Positions 1 to 9,348 of a stretch of 64,000 nucleotides of DNA are shown here, one piece after another. Source of the stretch: Cyanobacteriota bacterium (GTDB lineage: Bacteria > Cyanobacteriota > Cyanobacteriia > Thermostichales > Thermostichaceae); contig JANRIL010000024.1 of NCBI GenBank assembly GCA_033764955.1, positions 64,001 to 128,000 of the forward strand. Direction: 5' to 3'. The position numbers and the translations under genes were made by a program. Position 1 is the first letter of the stretch; each line of letters opens with the position of its first letter. The notes under the pieces were generated by a model. That model searched no databases. It saw nothing but the letters and a program-made list of their open reading frames with translations, and was not told where the DNA came from.

Positions 1-55
1 AAGCCATATCTTTGCTCGACATTCTTTACGTTTGTGCAGATGGGAGAGTTTAGCG

Positions 56-508
56 ATGTCAAATCCGGTCAATAGTGCAGAACAATTGCTCAAAGCTTAC
101 GCTTCGGGTCAACGGGAATTTGCCAAATCTAACCTGAGTGGAGCCAGTCTGAGTGGTGTCGATCTGAGCGGTATTGATCTGAGTGGCGCTAATTTGCAGG
201 GGGTGGATTTGCGGGAGAGCAATCTCAGTCGGGCTAACCTGGCTCATGCTGATCTGCGGGGAGCTAGACTACGCCGTACTAACCTGATTGGAGCCAACCT
301 CAAGGAAGCCGACTTTCGGGGAGCGAATATGTATCGCGCCAAGCTCAACAAAGCCAACCTGAGCGGAGCCGATCTCAACAAAGCCGATCTGAGAATTGGT
401 GCTGATCTGCGGGAGGCTGAGATTGCTGGCACCAACTTCAAAGGGGCATTTTACGATGAATACACCAAGTTTCCCGATGGCTTCAGCCCCCCCGAAGCAG
501 GTATGTAA
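56..508 (+). CDS. Pentapeptide repeat protein
   Basis: Tandem A(D/N)LxG-type repeats after an 'LLKAYASGQREF' leader typical of cyanobacterial pentapeptide proteins; ATG at 56 preferred over 32. Confidence 0.9.
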   Translation: MSNPVNSAEQLLKAYASGQREFAKSNLSGASLSGVDLSGIDLSGANLQGVDLRESNLSRANLAHADLRGARLRRTNLIGANLKEADFRGANMYRAKLNKANLSGADLNKADLRIGADLREAEIAGTNFKGAFYDEYTKFPDGFSPPEAGM

Positions 509-533
509 AACCTTGCCCTCACCCAAAATTCCT

Positions 534-641
534 GCTTGTTCAGGAATTATCCATGACACGCCAGGGATCGGGATCCCCCTAAATTCCCCTTAAAAAGGGA
601 GGCTTTGCATCCTTTCCCCCTTTGATAAGGGGGTTAGAGGG
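534..641. repeat. Degenerate copy of a short dispersed palindromic repeat/MITE
   Basis: 534-577 GCTTGTTCAGGAATTATCCATGACACGCCAGGGATCGGGATCCC matches the reverse complement of 10741-10784; it continues into CCCCTTAAAAAGGG palindromes also seen at 10690-10740. Confidence 0.75.
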
Positions 642-676
642 GCGCTCCCTTTTGCTTTGCTAAAGATCAACACCAC

Positions 677-1702
677 CTAGTCCAAATGCAATTGGGCAAT
701 TGTTTGTTGCAAAATTTCCCCAGAACGAGAGAGTTGCTGTTGCTCGGAAGGGGTGAGAGAAAGGGACAACACGCGGGACACGCCCTGCCGATCCACAATC
801 GCAGGTAAGCTGAGGCAGACTTCTTTCATGCCATACTGACCCGTGAGTAGGCTGCTGATGGTCAAGACCCGCCGTTGATTGTGTAGCACAGCCTCGACGA
901 TTTGGGTTACCCCCAGACCAATCGCATAACTGGTGGCTCCTTTGCGCTTGATGATCTCATAGGCGGCGTTTCTCACCTGCTCATAGATCTGGTCAATTTC
1001 CTGCTGACGAACGGGATCCTGCCATTCGGGGAACAAATCGGTGATGGAGGTTCCGACTACGTTGACCTTGCTCCAGACCGCCACCTCACTGTCGCCATGC
1101 TCGCCGATAATGTAGGCATGGAGACTACGCGGATCCACCTGAATTTTTTCGGCCAGCAGATAGCGAAAACGAGCGGTATCCAAGACAGTGCCGGATCCCA
1201 TGACCTGACTGGCTGGAAACCCCGATAGCTTGAGGGAGACATAAGTCATGATGTCAACGGGATTGCTGACGATGAGCAGAATGGCATCAGCACAGTGCTC
1301 TACCACCTGCGGAATCAAGCTCTTGAAAATTTCGGCGTTCCGCTGCACCAGATCAAGGCGGGTTTCACCCGGGCGCTGTTTAGCTCCGGCGGTGATGATG
1401 ACGATATCGCAGCCTTGACAGTCAGCTAGAGATCCAGCGCTGATGCGGGTGGGTTGAATAAAAGGGATCCCATGCACCAGATCCATGACTTCGCCCTCCG
1501 CTTTATCCCGATTTTGGTCACAGATCACCAGTTCATCGAGGGTATTTTGGATCAACATGGCATAAGCACAAGCCATGCCCACTTGTCCGGCACCAATGAT
1601 CGCTCCTTTGTGCAGGCGACGATCCACAACCGCAGGGCTAGACCGCAAATTTTCCATAACAGACCCCCAAGGCAATTCCACTAGTCTAGACAGAAAAAAC
1701 AT
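677..1702 (-). CDS. ldh: L-lactate dehydrogenase
   Basis: IIGAGQVG Rossmann motif, [13 protein letters not shown] loop, [16 protein letters not shown]; start may be 1657. Confidence 0.93.
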   Translation of the reverse strand: MFFLSRLVELPWGSVMENLRSSPAVVDRRLHKGAIIGAGQVGMACAYAMLIQNTLDELVICDQNRDKAEGEVMDLVHGIPFIQPTRISAGSLADCQGCDIVIITAGAKQRPGETRLDLVQRNAEIFKSLIPQVVEHCADAILLIVSNPVDIMTYVSLKLSGFPASQVMGSGTVLDTARFRYLLAEKIQVDPRSLHAYIIGEHGDSEVAVWSKVNVVGTSITDLFPEWQDPVRQQEIDQIYEQVRNAAYEIIKRKGATSYAIGLGVTQIVEAVLHNQRRVLTISSLLTGQYGMKEVCLSLPAIVDRQGVSRVLSLSLTPSEQQQLSRSGEILQQTIAQLHLD

Positions 1703-1819
1703 ATCATTCCTTCGCAGGAACGTTTTTTATTCTGTTAGAAATATGGTGGGTTTGGGCACTGAAACTGTCCTCAATTAGGGTTCAGTTGTGTTTCTAGTTC
1801 AGAGCTTAACCTCATCGTC

Positions 1820-2060
1820 GTCACGAACCCGACGCTGCCCTAAGCCCTTCGGTCAGGCTACGCCAACGGGAGAGCGCGGGCTTGTAAACAGCCAGGTTTA
1901 CAACGCAAGTCGTGACTAGACCATAAGCCAGCTAGATTGCACGGACTTCCGAGCGTTTTCCTAACTCGGATTGCCTCTAAACCCTCTGGCTGAGGGTGCT
2001 TGCAGAAAGGACATTAATCTATTTGGTGGTCGAAGGAACAAGTTGTTTTTGGATTATCTC
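1820..2060 (+). ncRNA. omegaRNA (HEARO-like) scaffold; guide predicted from the 5' flank (about 1800-1819)
   Basis: GTCACGA (1820-1826) pairs with TCGTGAC (1910-1916), enclosing CCCGACGC..GCGCGGG and TTGTAAAC..GTTTACAA hairpins; further stems TCCGAG..CTCGGA and ACCCTC..GAGGGT; directly upstream of the PLMP ORF. Confidence 0.75.
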
Positions 2061-2062
2061 CA

Positions 2063-3154
2063 ATGAACCCCAGCAGTCGCATTCCAGTATTAGCTCCAGA
2101 CGATACGCCACTGATGCCAACCTTGTACCGCAGGGCGCAAGCATGGGTAGATTCTGGCAAAGCCGAATGGGTCAGCAATGACCTCAACATTAAAGCTGTG
2201 CGTTTATATCAAGAGCCGTTTAGCCGCAACACTCAACCCATCGTGGTTGGCATCGACCCAGGTAAAAAGTTTTCAGGCATTGCCGTCCAATCCAGTCTCT
2301 TCACCTTGTTCAGCGCTCATCTGATTCTGCCCTTCCCGTCCGTCACTAAAAAGATGACGGGCAGGCGTATTCTCAGACGAGCGAGAAGGGGCAGACGCAT
2401 CAACCGCAAAGTGGCTTTCCATCTACGTGCTCACAGACAAAAACGGTTTGATAATCGCAGGCAAAAGAAGTTGGTGCCGTCAATTCGTGCCAATCGTGAA
2501 CTTGAGTTGCGACTGGTCAAAGAATTGTTGCGTCTATTTCCCGTCAGCACCATTGTTTACGAATACATTGAAGCCAGAGGAGATAAAGCTTTCAGCCCGG
2601 TGATGGTAGGGCAAAAAGTCATGCTGGAGCGACTACGCCAACTGGCTCCCACAACCACACAATTCGGCTGGGAAACGGCTAAACTCCGCACTCATCTAAA
2701 TCTGGTCAAACAAAAGGCTGATAAGTCCGCACAGACCCCCCAAACTCATGCGGTAGATGGTATTGCTCTTGCTGCGAGTCAGTTTGTGCAATACAAAGCC
2801 TTTTACACCACTCAGACACATGGGCATGACTGGGCGGGAACCGTGCGGCCAACGGCCTCTCCCTTTCGTGTGATTGCCCGTCCTAACCTGTTTCGCCGTC
2901 AACTCCACTTCGAGAACTTTGGCAAGGGTGGAATTAGAAAACGCAAGGGTGGCACTGTCACGCCATTCGGCTTCCGCTCTGGTGATTTTGTCGAAGCTGA
3001 AAAGGCTGGCAGAGTCTATCGCGGCTGGATTGGCGGCTTTAGTGAAGCCAGTAAAGTCGTTTCGGTGTATGACCACAACTGGCATCGACTAGGGCAATTC
3101 AAAGCGAACAAAGTCAACCTCATCAAGCGGAGTACAAAACTGTGTGTAGCGTAA
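2063..3154 (+). CDS. isrB: IsrB-type RNA-guided nickase (RRXRR/PLMP domain, split RuvC, no HNH)
   Basis: N-terminal TPLMPT, RuvC-I GIDPG, Arg-rich bridge helix RRILRRARRGRR, RuvC-II VYEY, RuvC-III HAVDG; 363 aa with no CxxC/HNH insert. Confidence 0.85.
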   Translation: MNPSSRIPVLAPDDTPLMPTLYRRAQAWVDSGKAEWVSNDLNIKAVRLYQEPFSRNTQPIVVGIDPGKKFSGIAVQSSLFTLFSAHLILPFPSVTKKMTGRRILRRARRGRRINRKVAFHLRAHRQKRFDNRRQKKLVPSIRANRELELRLVKELLRLFPVSTIVYEYIEARGDKAFSPVMVGQKVMLERLRQLAPTTTQFGWETAKLRTHLNLVKQKADKSAQTPQTHAVDGIALAASQFVQYKAFYTTQTHGHDWAGTVRPTASPFRVIARPNLFRRQLHFENFGKGGIRKRKGGTVTPFGFRSGDFVEAEKAGRVYRGWIGGFSEASKVVSVYDHNWHRLGQFKANKVNLIKRSTKLCVA

Positions 3155-3421
3155 ACCCATTGTCCGGCTCCGTCCCTGCGCCGGACTCGCATTCCTCCCG
3201 ACGCTCCCCTAAGCCCTTCAGGCAGGCTACGCCAACAGGAGCGCGCGGGACTCCTGCTGTTTTAGTTGAAGAAAACTAAGCAGAGAATTAGGAAGCAAAA
3301 GCCACTAGCTCCCATCCCATAGCAGCAAACCTTAATCAGGGTAGAGGCAGAAATTCGCGGCAAGAGACGGATTGGAAGGGATGCTATAGCGTGGATGGGC
3401 ATATTTTGCTTGTCAAGGATG

Positions 3422-3460
3422 GGGATGCCTCGTCGATAGGATTTACCGACGAGGCATCCC
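3422..3460. terminator. Strong 14-bp stem-loop between convergent genes (possible terminator)
   Basis: GGGATGCCTCGTCG - 11 nt - CGACGAGGCATCCC perfect inverted repeat; no clear U-tract. Confidence 0.45.
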
Positions 3461-3523
3461 AGTTGATGGGTAGGGGGATCCCGGCATTTCACCCATAAAA
3501 TTTGCCCATAAAAATGGCATGAC

Positions 3524-4030
3524 TCAAAGCTCGGTCATGCCAATCACATATTTTGACCATTCGCGGTGGGTGCCACTCCTGACCACCTTAGAAATCTCAA
3601 AGTAGAGGCTGCTGTGGGGGCGGCGAGGGGGACGCAAGAGGGGCATGTCGGCTTCGCGGGGGGTACGGCTGCCCTTCTTGACATTGCAGCGGACACAGGC
3701 ACTCACGACGTTATCCCAACTATCTCCCCCCCCACGGGAACGGGGAATCACATGATCAATCGTCAGGTCTTCGCCGGAACAGCCGCAATACTGGCAACTA
3801 TGACCATCCCGATACATGACATTGCGCCGCGTCAGGGGAATTTCTTTGTAGGGGACACTCACGTAATGGCGCAACCGAATCACCGTGGGCAAAGGAACAT
3901 CCCCATACACTCGCCGCCCATTATGCTCCACCTGCTCTGCCTTTCCTTTAAGCAAGAGGACAACGGCTCTCCGCCAACTGGTGATGTTGAGCGGTTCATA
4001 GGATGCGTTGAGAACCAGAACTTTACTCAT
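3524..4030 (-). CDS. HNH endonuclease (widespread cyanobacterial family)
   Basis: VLVLNASYEPL N-terminus, CQYC, TIDHVIPRSRGG, NVVSACVRCN. Confidence 0.93.
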   Translation of the reverse strand: MSKVLVLNASYEPLNITSWRRAVVLLLKGKAEQVEHNGRRVYGDVPLPTVIRLRHYVSVPYKEIPLTRRNVMYRDGHSCQYCGCSGEDLTIDHVIPRSRGGGDSWDNVVSACVRCNVKKGSRTPREADMPLLRPPRRPHSSLYFEISKVVRSGTHREWSKYVIGMTEL

Positions 4031-4299
4031 CAGTAGGCTAAAAAAGTTAGGGGGAGTGCCATCCTCACAGGTAAAGAGGAATTAAGCAAAATGCTAACAG
4101 GCGGGTTTTGCTCCTGCCTAGTCTCTATCATGCCCTGTCTTCCCCCCTCTGGGTTAGTTTTCGGATGGTGGGGGTCGTTGGGTTGTGATGGGTCTGGGGT
4201 TCTGTCTATCTGAAAATAACGACGAAATATGATCAGGGATCCGCCAAGACGGCGCAGGGAATTTATCCCTGAGAGTTTCAAATGACTGGATCTGCGTAT

Positions 4300-6342
4300 T
4301 TACCTGGCTTGGGATCCCTTTTCCTCTCCTCTTAGCCCACCACTTTTCAGTCCAGCCACTGGCAAGACAAAGTGAAAGGCGCTCCCCTGCTGCTCGCCCG
4401 CCGACTCCGCCCAGATCTGCCCGCCCATCGCCTCGATAATCAGACGGCAAATCGCCAAGCCTAAACCTGTTCCTCCCACCGAGCGGCGGAGGGATCCCTC
4501 CGCTTGATAAAACCGATCAAAGATGGCTTCCAGGCGATCCTGAGCGATGCCCCGTCCGGTGTCAGCAATTGTGAAACGAACGGTGGGGATCCCTGGGATC
4601 CGCTCCATCTGCCCTGCGGATGGCTGGCTCACCCGCACCCAAATCTGCCCCTCGGCGGGCGTAAATTTGCAGGCATTATCCAACAACTTACGCAGCACCT
4701 CCACCAACCATTCCCCATCCGCACTCACCCAGGGCAGTCCTTCCGGCAACTCCAGATCAATGCTGGGCAACACCTGCTGGCGACGGCGGGCATTCAGGTT
4801 GCTGACCGCCAGTTCCACACATTCTTCCGGCGACACCGCCTCAATATGCCACTGAATTCGACCACTTTCCAGCTTCGAGAGAGTAAGAAAATCTTGCACC
4901 AATTGGCGAAGCCGTCCCGCATCCTGCAAGGCCGTGTCCAACATTTCCTGGCGCACCGCCAACGGCATGTCGGGATCCGCCGCTAGGGACTCCAGGCAAA
5001 CCTGGATAGTGGAGAGAGGGGTCCGTAATTCGTGACCGGTCACAGCAATCAGATCACTTTTCGCTTGATCGAGGGCGGCCAATTGATGATTGAGTTCATC
5101 CAAATGTTGATAAGCTTCCGCCTGGATGAGCGCCACCCCCACCTGAAAAGCAATCCCCTCCGCCAACTCCACCACCGAGGGATCCCAGGGCTGGGGTTGC
5201 GCTTGGTGCAGCTCCAACAGACCCAACAAGCGATCTTGGTAGAGCATGGGTACGGCTAACCAAGCCCCAATCCCCCAGGTTTGCCAAGCAACGGTAGCTA
5301 AACGAGGATCCCGGCTGCTATCCGTCGCCAGCACAAATTCCCCAGCGGTCATGGCCTCCTGTAAAAAGGGATTTCCAGCCAGTAGCCAGTCTTGGGTCTG
5401 TAGACTGGCCGTGTCCGGTTGGCAATATTCATGCTTCACCTGCACATAGGCTTGATCCCTCTGGCAGCGATAGATCAGACAACGAGCAACAGCCGTGGCT
5501 TGCCCCAGTTCCTGCACCGCAATGTGCAGAATTTGGCTGGGATCCAAAGAGCGGCGGATAGCGGTGCTAATTCGATTCACCAAGCGTTCTTTGCGCTCTT
5601 GCAGTTGGATCGCTTTGTAGGTGCGCTGCAATTTGTATTGTCCCGCCTGCAAGTAGGTAATCAACCGTTCTGCGAAGGGGGCAGGGTTGAGATGGTAGCC
5701 ATTACGGGTTACAGAATCCTCCCATCGGTTTCGCAGACCATCCAGCAGCGGGTACAAATCCGGTCGGTAGGCCAAAATTTTGGGGATAAGATGGAGGGCT
5801 GCTTGATAAGCCACGGGGGGATCAAAAGACCAGATGCCCTCAAACTGGCGAGCCATATCGGGATCCCGACCATTGCTGCTGCTGGGGGCGCGCAGGAGTC
5901 GCTCTCGGCAAACTAGGCAGGTGGCGTAGGCGGGATCCAACACAATCAGATGCCATTCTTGGGTGAGGGGATCCGCCTCATCTAAAGCAACTGTTTGGTA
6001 GGGAGTAGGGGTTTGGGAAAAATCCGTTTCTGGCATGGCCAGCACATACACCTGCTCAGCTATTTGGCTAATCCGTTGATAACGACGGGCTTCTTGTCGG
6101 TAATAGCGCTCCTTTTGAAAATTGGCAAACACCACCGGATGGCTTTGCCCCGAAAGCACTTGATCCTCCATGGCATGACTAAGGGCAACCAAAGAAGATT
6201 TGAAGTAAAGCTGGGGGTGGAGTTGGGGGAGAGCCGCCAATAGATCCGCCAGTAGAGAAGTGCGTTGGGGGTGGGCAAGGGGGGGCGGGGGTATCGGCAT
6301 ACAAGGCTCAGGCAGCACTTTTGGGATCCGCGACGGTAGCAA
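4300..6342 (-). CDS. DICT + GAF sensor histidine kinase
   Basis: YFKSSLVALSHAMED (DICT), GAF region, GHELRTPL H-box, LLDNACKF, DTGRGI, GTGLGL; start uncertain. Confidence 0.88.
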   Translation of the reverse strand: MLPSRIPKVLPEPCMPIPPPPLAHPQRTSLLADLLAALPQLHPQLYFKSSLVALSHAMEDQVLSGQSHPVVFANFQKERYYRQEARRYQRISQIAEQVYVLAMPETDFSQTPTPYQTVALDEADPLTQEWHLIVLDPAYATCLVCRERLLRAPSSSNGRDPDMARQFEGIWSFDPPVAYQAALHLIPKILAYRPDLYPLLDGLRNRWEDSVTRNGYHLNPAPFAERLITYLQAGQYKLQRTYKAIQLQERKERLVNRISTAIRRSLDPSQILHIAVQELGQATAVARCLIYRCQRDQAYVQVKHEYCQPDTASLQTQDWLLAGNPFLQEAMTAGEFVLATDSSRDPRLATVAWQTWGIGAWLAVPMLYQDRLLGLLELHQAQPQPWDPSVVELAEGIAFQVGVALIQAEAYQHLDELNHQLAALDQAKSDLIAVTGHELRTPLSTIQVCLESLAADPDMPLAVRQEMLDTALQDAGRLRQLVQDFLTLSKLESGRIQWHIEAVSPEECVELAVSNLNARRRQQVLPSIDLELPEGLPWVSADGEWLVEVLRKLLDNACKFTPAEGQIWVRVSQPSAGQMERIPGIPTVRFTIADTGRGIAQDRLEAIFDRFYQAEGSLRRSVGGTGLGLAICRLIIEAMGGQIWAESAGEQQGSAFHFVLPVAGLKSGGLRGEEKGSQAR

Positions 6343-6438
6343 TCAACAGCAGAGAAACACTGACCGTCCAGCCACCTCTGCCCGTGTGGTTAGTTTAGCG
6401 ATTTACTTCCCTCTTTTTGGAAGCTGCTTAACGATTCC

Positions 6439-7248
6439 TCACCCCAGCACAATAAACTCTAAAGCCCGCAAAACTTCAAACCAATCCCTCGTTTCCAGAC
6501 GAACGGTTTGTTCTCCCACCAAACTGGCACTCGGATAAAAGGATTTCCGATAGGCTCTGGGGGGATGTTTGTAGGTCACTTCTAAAACAAACCAATCGGG
6601 CAAGGGTTGGGCGGTAATTTGCAAGTGTTGCCGTTTGTCGAGGGCACGCTCGACCCCGGCGCGAATCTGTTGAGTCGCTAGGCGGGTGTGAATGGATCGC
6701 GTGGATTCTCCTCTGCCCTTGAGGGTAGCCACTGTTTCGATCTGGGGGTCATAGGCGGTGACGGCAGCACAGAGATCCCCATCCCCCGCCACAAAGATGG
6801 TGGGTACCCCCTCATAGGCGGCTGTCCAGGTGACAAGGTGAAACTCGGCAATCGGCTGATGATTGATGCAAATCTGTGTAACCTCGGTGGTGTAGGTATG
6901 GGCTAGCGGATTGGCGGCGGATCCCGCCCGTGAATGATATCCCACCAAGATGAGGGCATCAAAGCTGCGATCCAAATCCTGCACCATACAGTATGGATGG
7001 CCACTCCAGCCTCGGATCAGTTCTACGGGCGGTGGTAAGTGGTGGGGAGATAAATTGCGACCCGTATCATGGGCATCTTTTACCAAGATCTCGGTTGCTC
7101 CGGCAGCGATTGCCCCTTCACAGGCCGCTACCACTTCCTCTTGCATCTGCTGACGACAGGTTTCATAGTTCCATTTGCCGACGGTGGCATCATCCCAATG
7201 GCAAATCCCCGTAATCCCTTCGATGTCGGCACTAATGTAAACTTTCAT
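6439..7248 (-). CDS. M55 family D-aminopeptidase (DppA-like)
   Basis: MKVYISADIEGITG, VKDAH, GYHSRAG, LAHT motifs; ATG at 7248. Confidence 0.9.
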   Translation of the reverse strand: MKVYISADIEGITGICHWDDATVGKWNYETCRQQMQEEVVAACEGAIAAGATEILVKDAHDTGRNLSPHHLPPPVELIRGWSGHPYCMVQDLDRSFDALILVGYHSRAGSAANPLAHTYTTEVTQICINHQPIAEFHLVTWTAAYEGVPTIFVAGDGDLCAAVTAYDPQIETVATLKGRGESTRSIHTRLATQQIRAGVERALDKRQHLQITAQPLPDWFVLEVTYKHPPRAYRKSFYPSASLVGEQTVRLETRDWFEVLRALEFIVLG

Positions 7249-7433
7249 ACCTTGATGTGATATTTTGTCAGGGCTTGGGGATAGTCGATACCGAAGAGAA
7301 ACTCTTGTCCTGAACAAAAATTGGCAAGAAGTCTTGGCCAACCTTTGCAGTGGAGCAGTGAGGAAAAACCCCTTAAGGATCTTATAATGTGAGAGCTAGA
7401 AGTTGTATGAAATTTAGCATCCTGGCTTCCAGT

Positions 7434-8564
7434 ATGTCTTTATCTGCCGATTGTCCTGCCACGCGCGTCTCCATTCAGCTTTTGTTGTTTGTGAATAGTC
7501 GGTCAGCCACGTTAGAGTTAGCCGAACAGATTCGCCTACACTTGCACCATCTGCAAGAAGCCTATCCCGTTGAACTGGAAGTAGTAGAGCTGGGAGAGCG
7601 TCCCTATTTGGCAGAACACTACAAGCTGGTGGCGATGCCCGCCCTCGTGAAGATTAGCCCTCTTCCTGCTCAGGTGTTGGCGGGAGGGGATCTCACCACC
7701 CAAATCGAGGTGTGGTGGCCGCGTTGGCAGGGGCAGGCGGCCTTGATGACCCAACAAAATCAGTCGGAGAGCCAACCGGATCGGCAACCTTCCCAACCCT
7801 CAGCCGCTTTTTTGCAATTGTCGGAAGAAGTTTTTCAGCTCAGACAAGAACAATCCCAATTGCAAGAACAGCTTGCTTTTAAGGATCGCATCTTGGCTAT
7901 GTTGGTGCATGATTTGCGTAGCCCTTTAACCGCTACATCAATTGCGATTGAGAGCCTACAGCAGGGAGAAATGGCAACTTTAGATCCTGCCACTACACAG
8001 CATCTTTTAGAGCAAGCCCGTCAGCAAATTCGCAAGATGGACTCGATGATTACCGATATTTTAGAGGCCGCACACGGAACTACTGCCGAATTAAAAATCA
8101 CCTCTAGCGAAGTGCAGTTAGGAGAACTATGCTGGTCCGTGATCCAAGACTTTATGCCTCGCATTCGTCGCCAGCAATTGACGCTACAAACGGATATTCC
8201 TACCGACTTACCGACAGTGCATGTGGATTGCGATAAGATCCGTCAGGTATTGGCTAATCTTTTGGATAATGCCATCAAATACAATACCCCTCAGGGCAAA
8301 ATTCATCTGTATGTTCTGCATCGCACAGCTCAAAAAGTACAGGTGACGGTCAGCGACACTGGCCCTGGCATTCCCGAGCCGGATCAAGAGCGAATCTTTA
8401 GCGATCAATTTCGCTTAGTTCGGGATCAACAGCAGGAGGGTTATGGAATTGGGCTGTCCTTGTGTCGCCGCATTATTCGTGCCCATTATGGACAAATCTG
8501 GGTGGATTCTCGTTTAGGTCAGGGCAGCAGTTTTCATTTCACACTACCTGTTTTTCGTACCTAG
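7434..8564 (+). CDS. sasA: Circadian clock output histidine kinase SasA
   Basis: KaiB-like N-terminus (LLLFV..PYLAEHYKLVAMPALVKISPLP), then LVHDLRSPLTA, LLDNAIKY, HRTAQKVQV, GYGIGL. Confidence 0.92.
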   Translation: MSLSADCPATRVSIQLLLFVNSRSATLELAEQIRLHLHHLQEAYPVELEVVELGERPYLAEHYKLVAMPALVKISPLPAQVLAGGDLTTQIEVWWPRWQGQAALMTQQNQSESQPDRQPSQPSAAFLQLSEEVFQLRQEQSQLQEQLAFKDRILAMLVHDLRSPLTATSIAIESLQQGEMATLDPATTQHLLEQARQQIRKMDSMITDILEAAHGTTAELKITSSEVQLGELCWSVIQDFMPRIRRQQLTLQTDIPTDLPTVHVDCDKIRQVLANLLDNAIKYNTPQGKIHLYVLHRTAQKVQVTVSDTGPGIPEPDQERIFSDQFRLVRDQQQEGYGIGLSLCRRIIRAHYGQIWVDSRLGQGSSFHFTLPVFRT

Positions 8565-8600
8565 CAGGTGTCTCTAGAGTGGCGTAGCAAGGGGTAATAG

Positions 8601-9341
8601 GTGCAAGGGATCCCTAAACTGACTGAGCAGGTCGTTCACATTTGGCAGGTTGATTTAAGAGTATCTGATTTTGCGTTTGGATCCTTGTGGAATCTTTTAT
8701 CGGAGGAGGAACAATTCCGAGCCAATCAGTTCAAGGTAGAGCAAGCCAGAAGGACTTTTGTGATCGGGCGAGGCTGTCTACGGCGCATTTTAAGCGGCTA
8801 TGAGCAAACCGATCAGCCAGATCCTGCCAAGATTCAATTTATGTATAGCCAACAGGGTAAACCGAGTCTTTCCACGATATCTTCTGGGATCCCTTTGCGC
8901 TTTAATCTTTCCCATTCTCATCAGTTAGCCCTGATTGCAGTTGGTCTCAACGCCGAGATGGGCATTGACCTGGAATATATCCGCCCAACGGCAGTAGAGG
9001 CTCTGGTTCAGCGTTTTTTCGCCCCATCGGAGTCAGTTTTTTTGCAAGGATTAAAGGGGGAGATCCAGTTAAAAACTTTCTTTCGCTACTGGACTTGTAA
9101 AGAAGCCTATATCAAAGCCAGCGGACAACGGCTTAGTCAATCGCTTAGTCAAATCGTGATTCGGTTCGATCCGGTTAGCCCAGTTGGTTATCAAGCCTAC
9201 TGGCAAGGGATCCCGATTGAGCCGGATTGGTGGATGTATGAGGTTGCTTGTCCGCAAGACTATATGGCTACTCTAGTCATTGATCGACAGATTCAGAACC
9301 TTGACTATTTCGACGGGTTTCAGGGCGATTTTTGCCAGTAA
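8601..9341 (+). CDS. Sfp/HetI-type 4'-phosphopantetheinyl transferase
   Basis: GKP, FNLSHS, GIDLE, WTCKEAYIKA motifs. Confidence 0.92.
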   Translation: MQGIPKLTEQVVHIWQVDLRVSDFAFGSLWNLLSEEEQFRANQFKVEQARRTFVIGRGCLRRILSGYEQTDQPDPAKIQFMYSQQGKPSLSTISSGIPLRFNLSHSHQLALIAVGLNAEMGIDLEYIRPTAVEALVQRFFAPSESVFLQGLKGEIQLKTFFRYWTCKEAYIKASGQRLSQSLSQIVIRFDPVSPVGYQAYWQGIPIEPDWWMYEVACPQDYMATLVIDRQIQNLDYFDGFQGDFCQ

Positions 9342-9348
9342 GAGTTCT

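Larger units (their letters stand above)
1820..3265 (+). mobile_element. Non-autonomous IS200/IS605-family OMEGA element carrying isrB
   Basis: Near-identical end hairpins at 1828-1880 and 3197-3249 flank an omegaRNA-like region and a PLMP/RuvC ORF; no tnpA; TTGA follows at 3266-3269; exact ends inferred. Confidence 0.8.

Noticed and set aside
4300..6342. Naming the kinase Hik2
   Set aside because: H-box HELRTPLSTI and the DICT domain do not match Hik2 as I recall it; left unnamed
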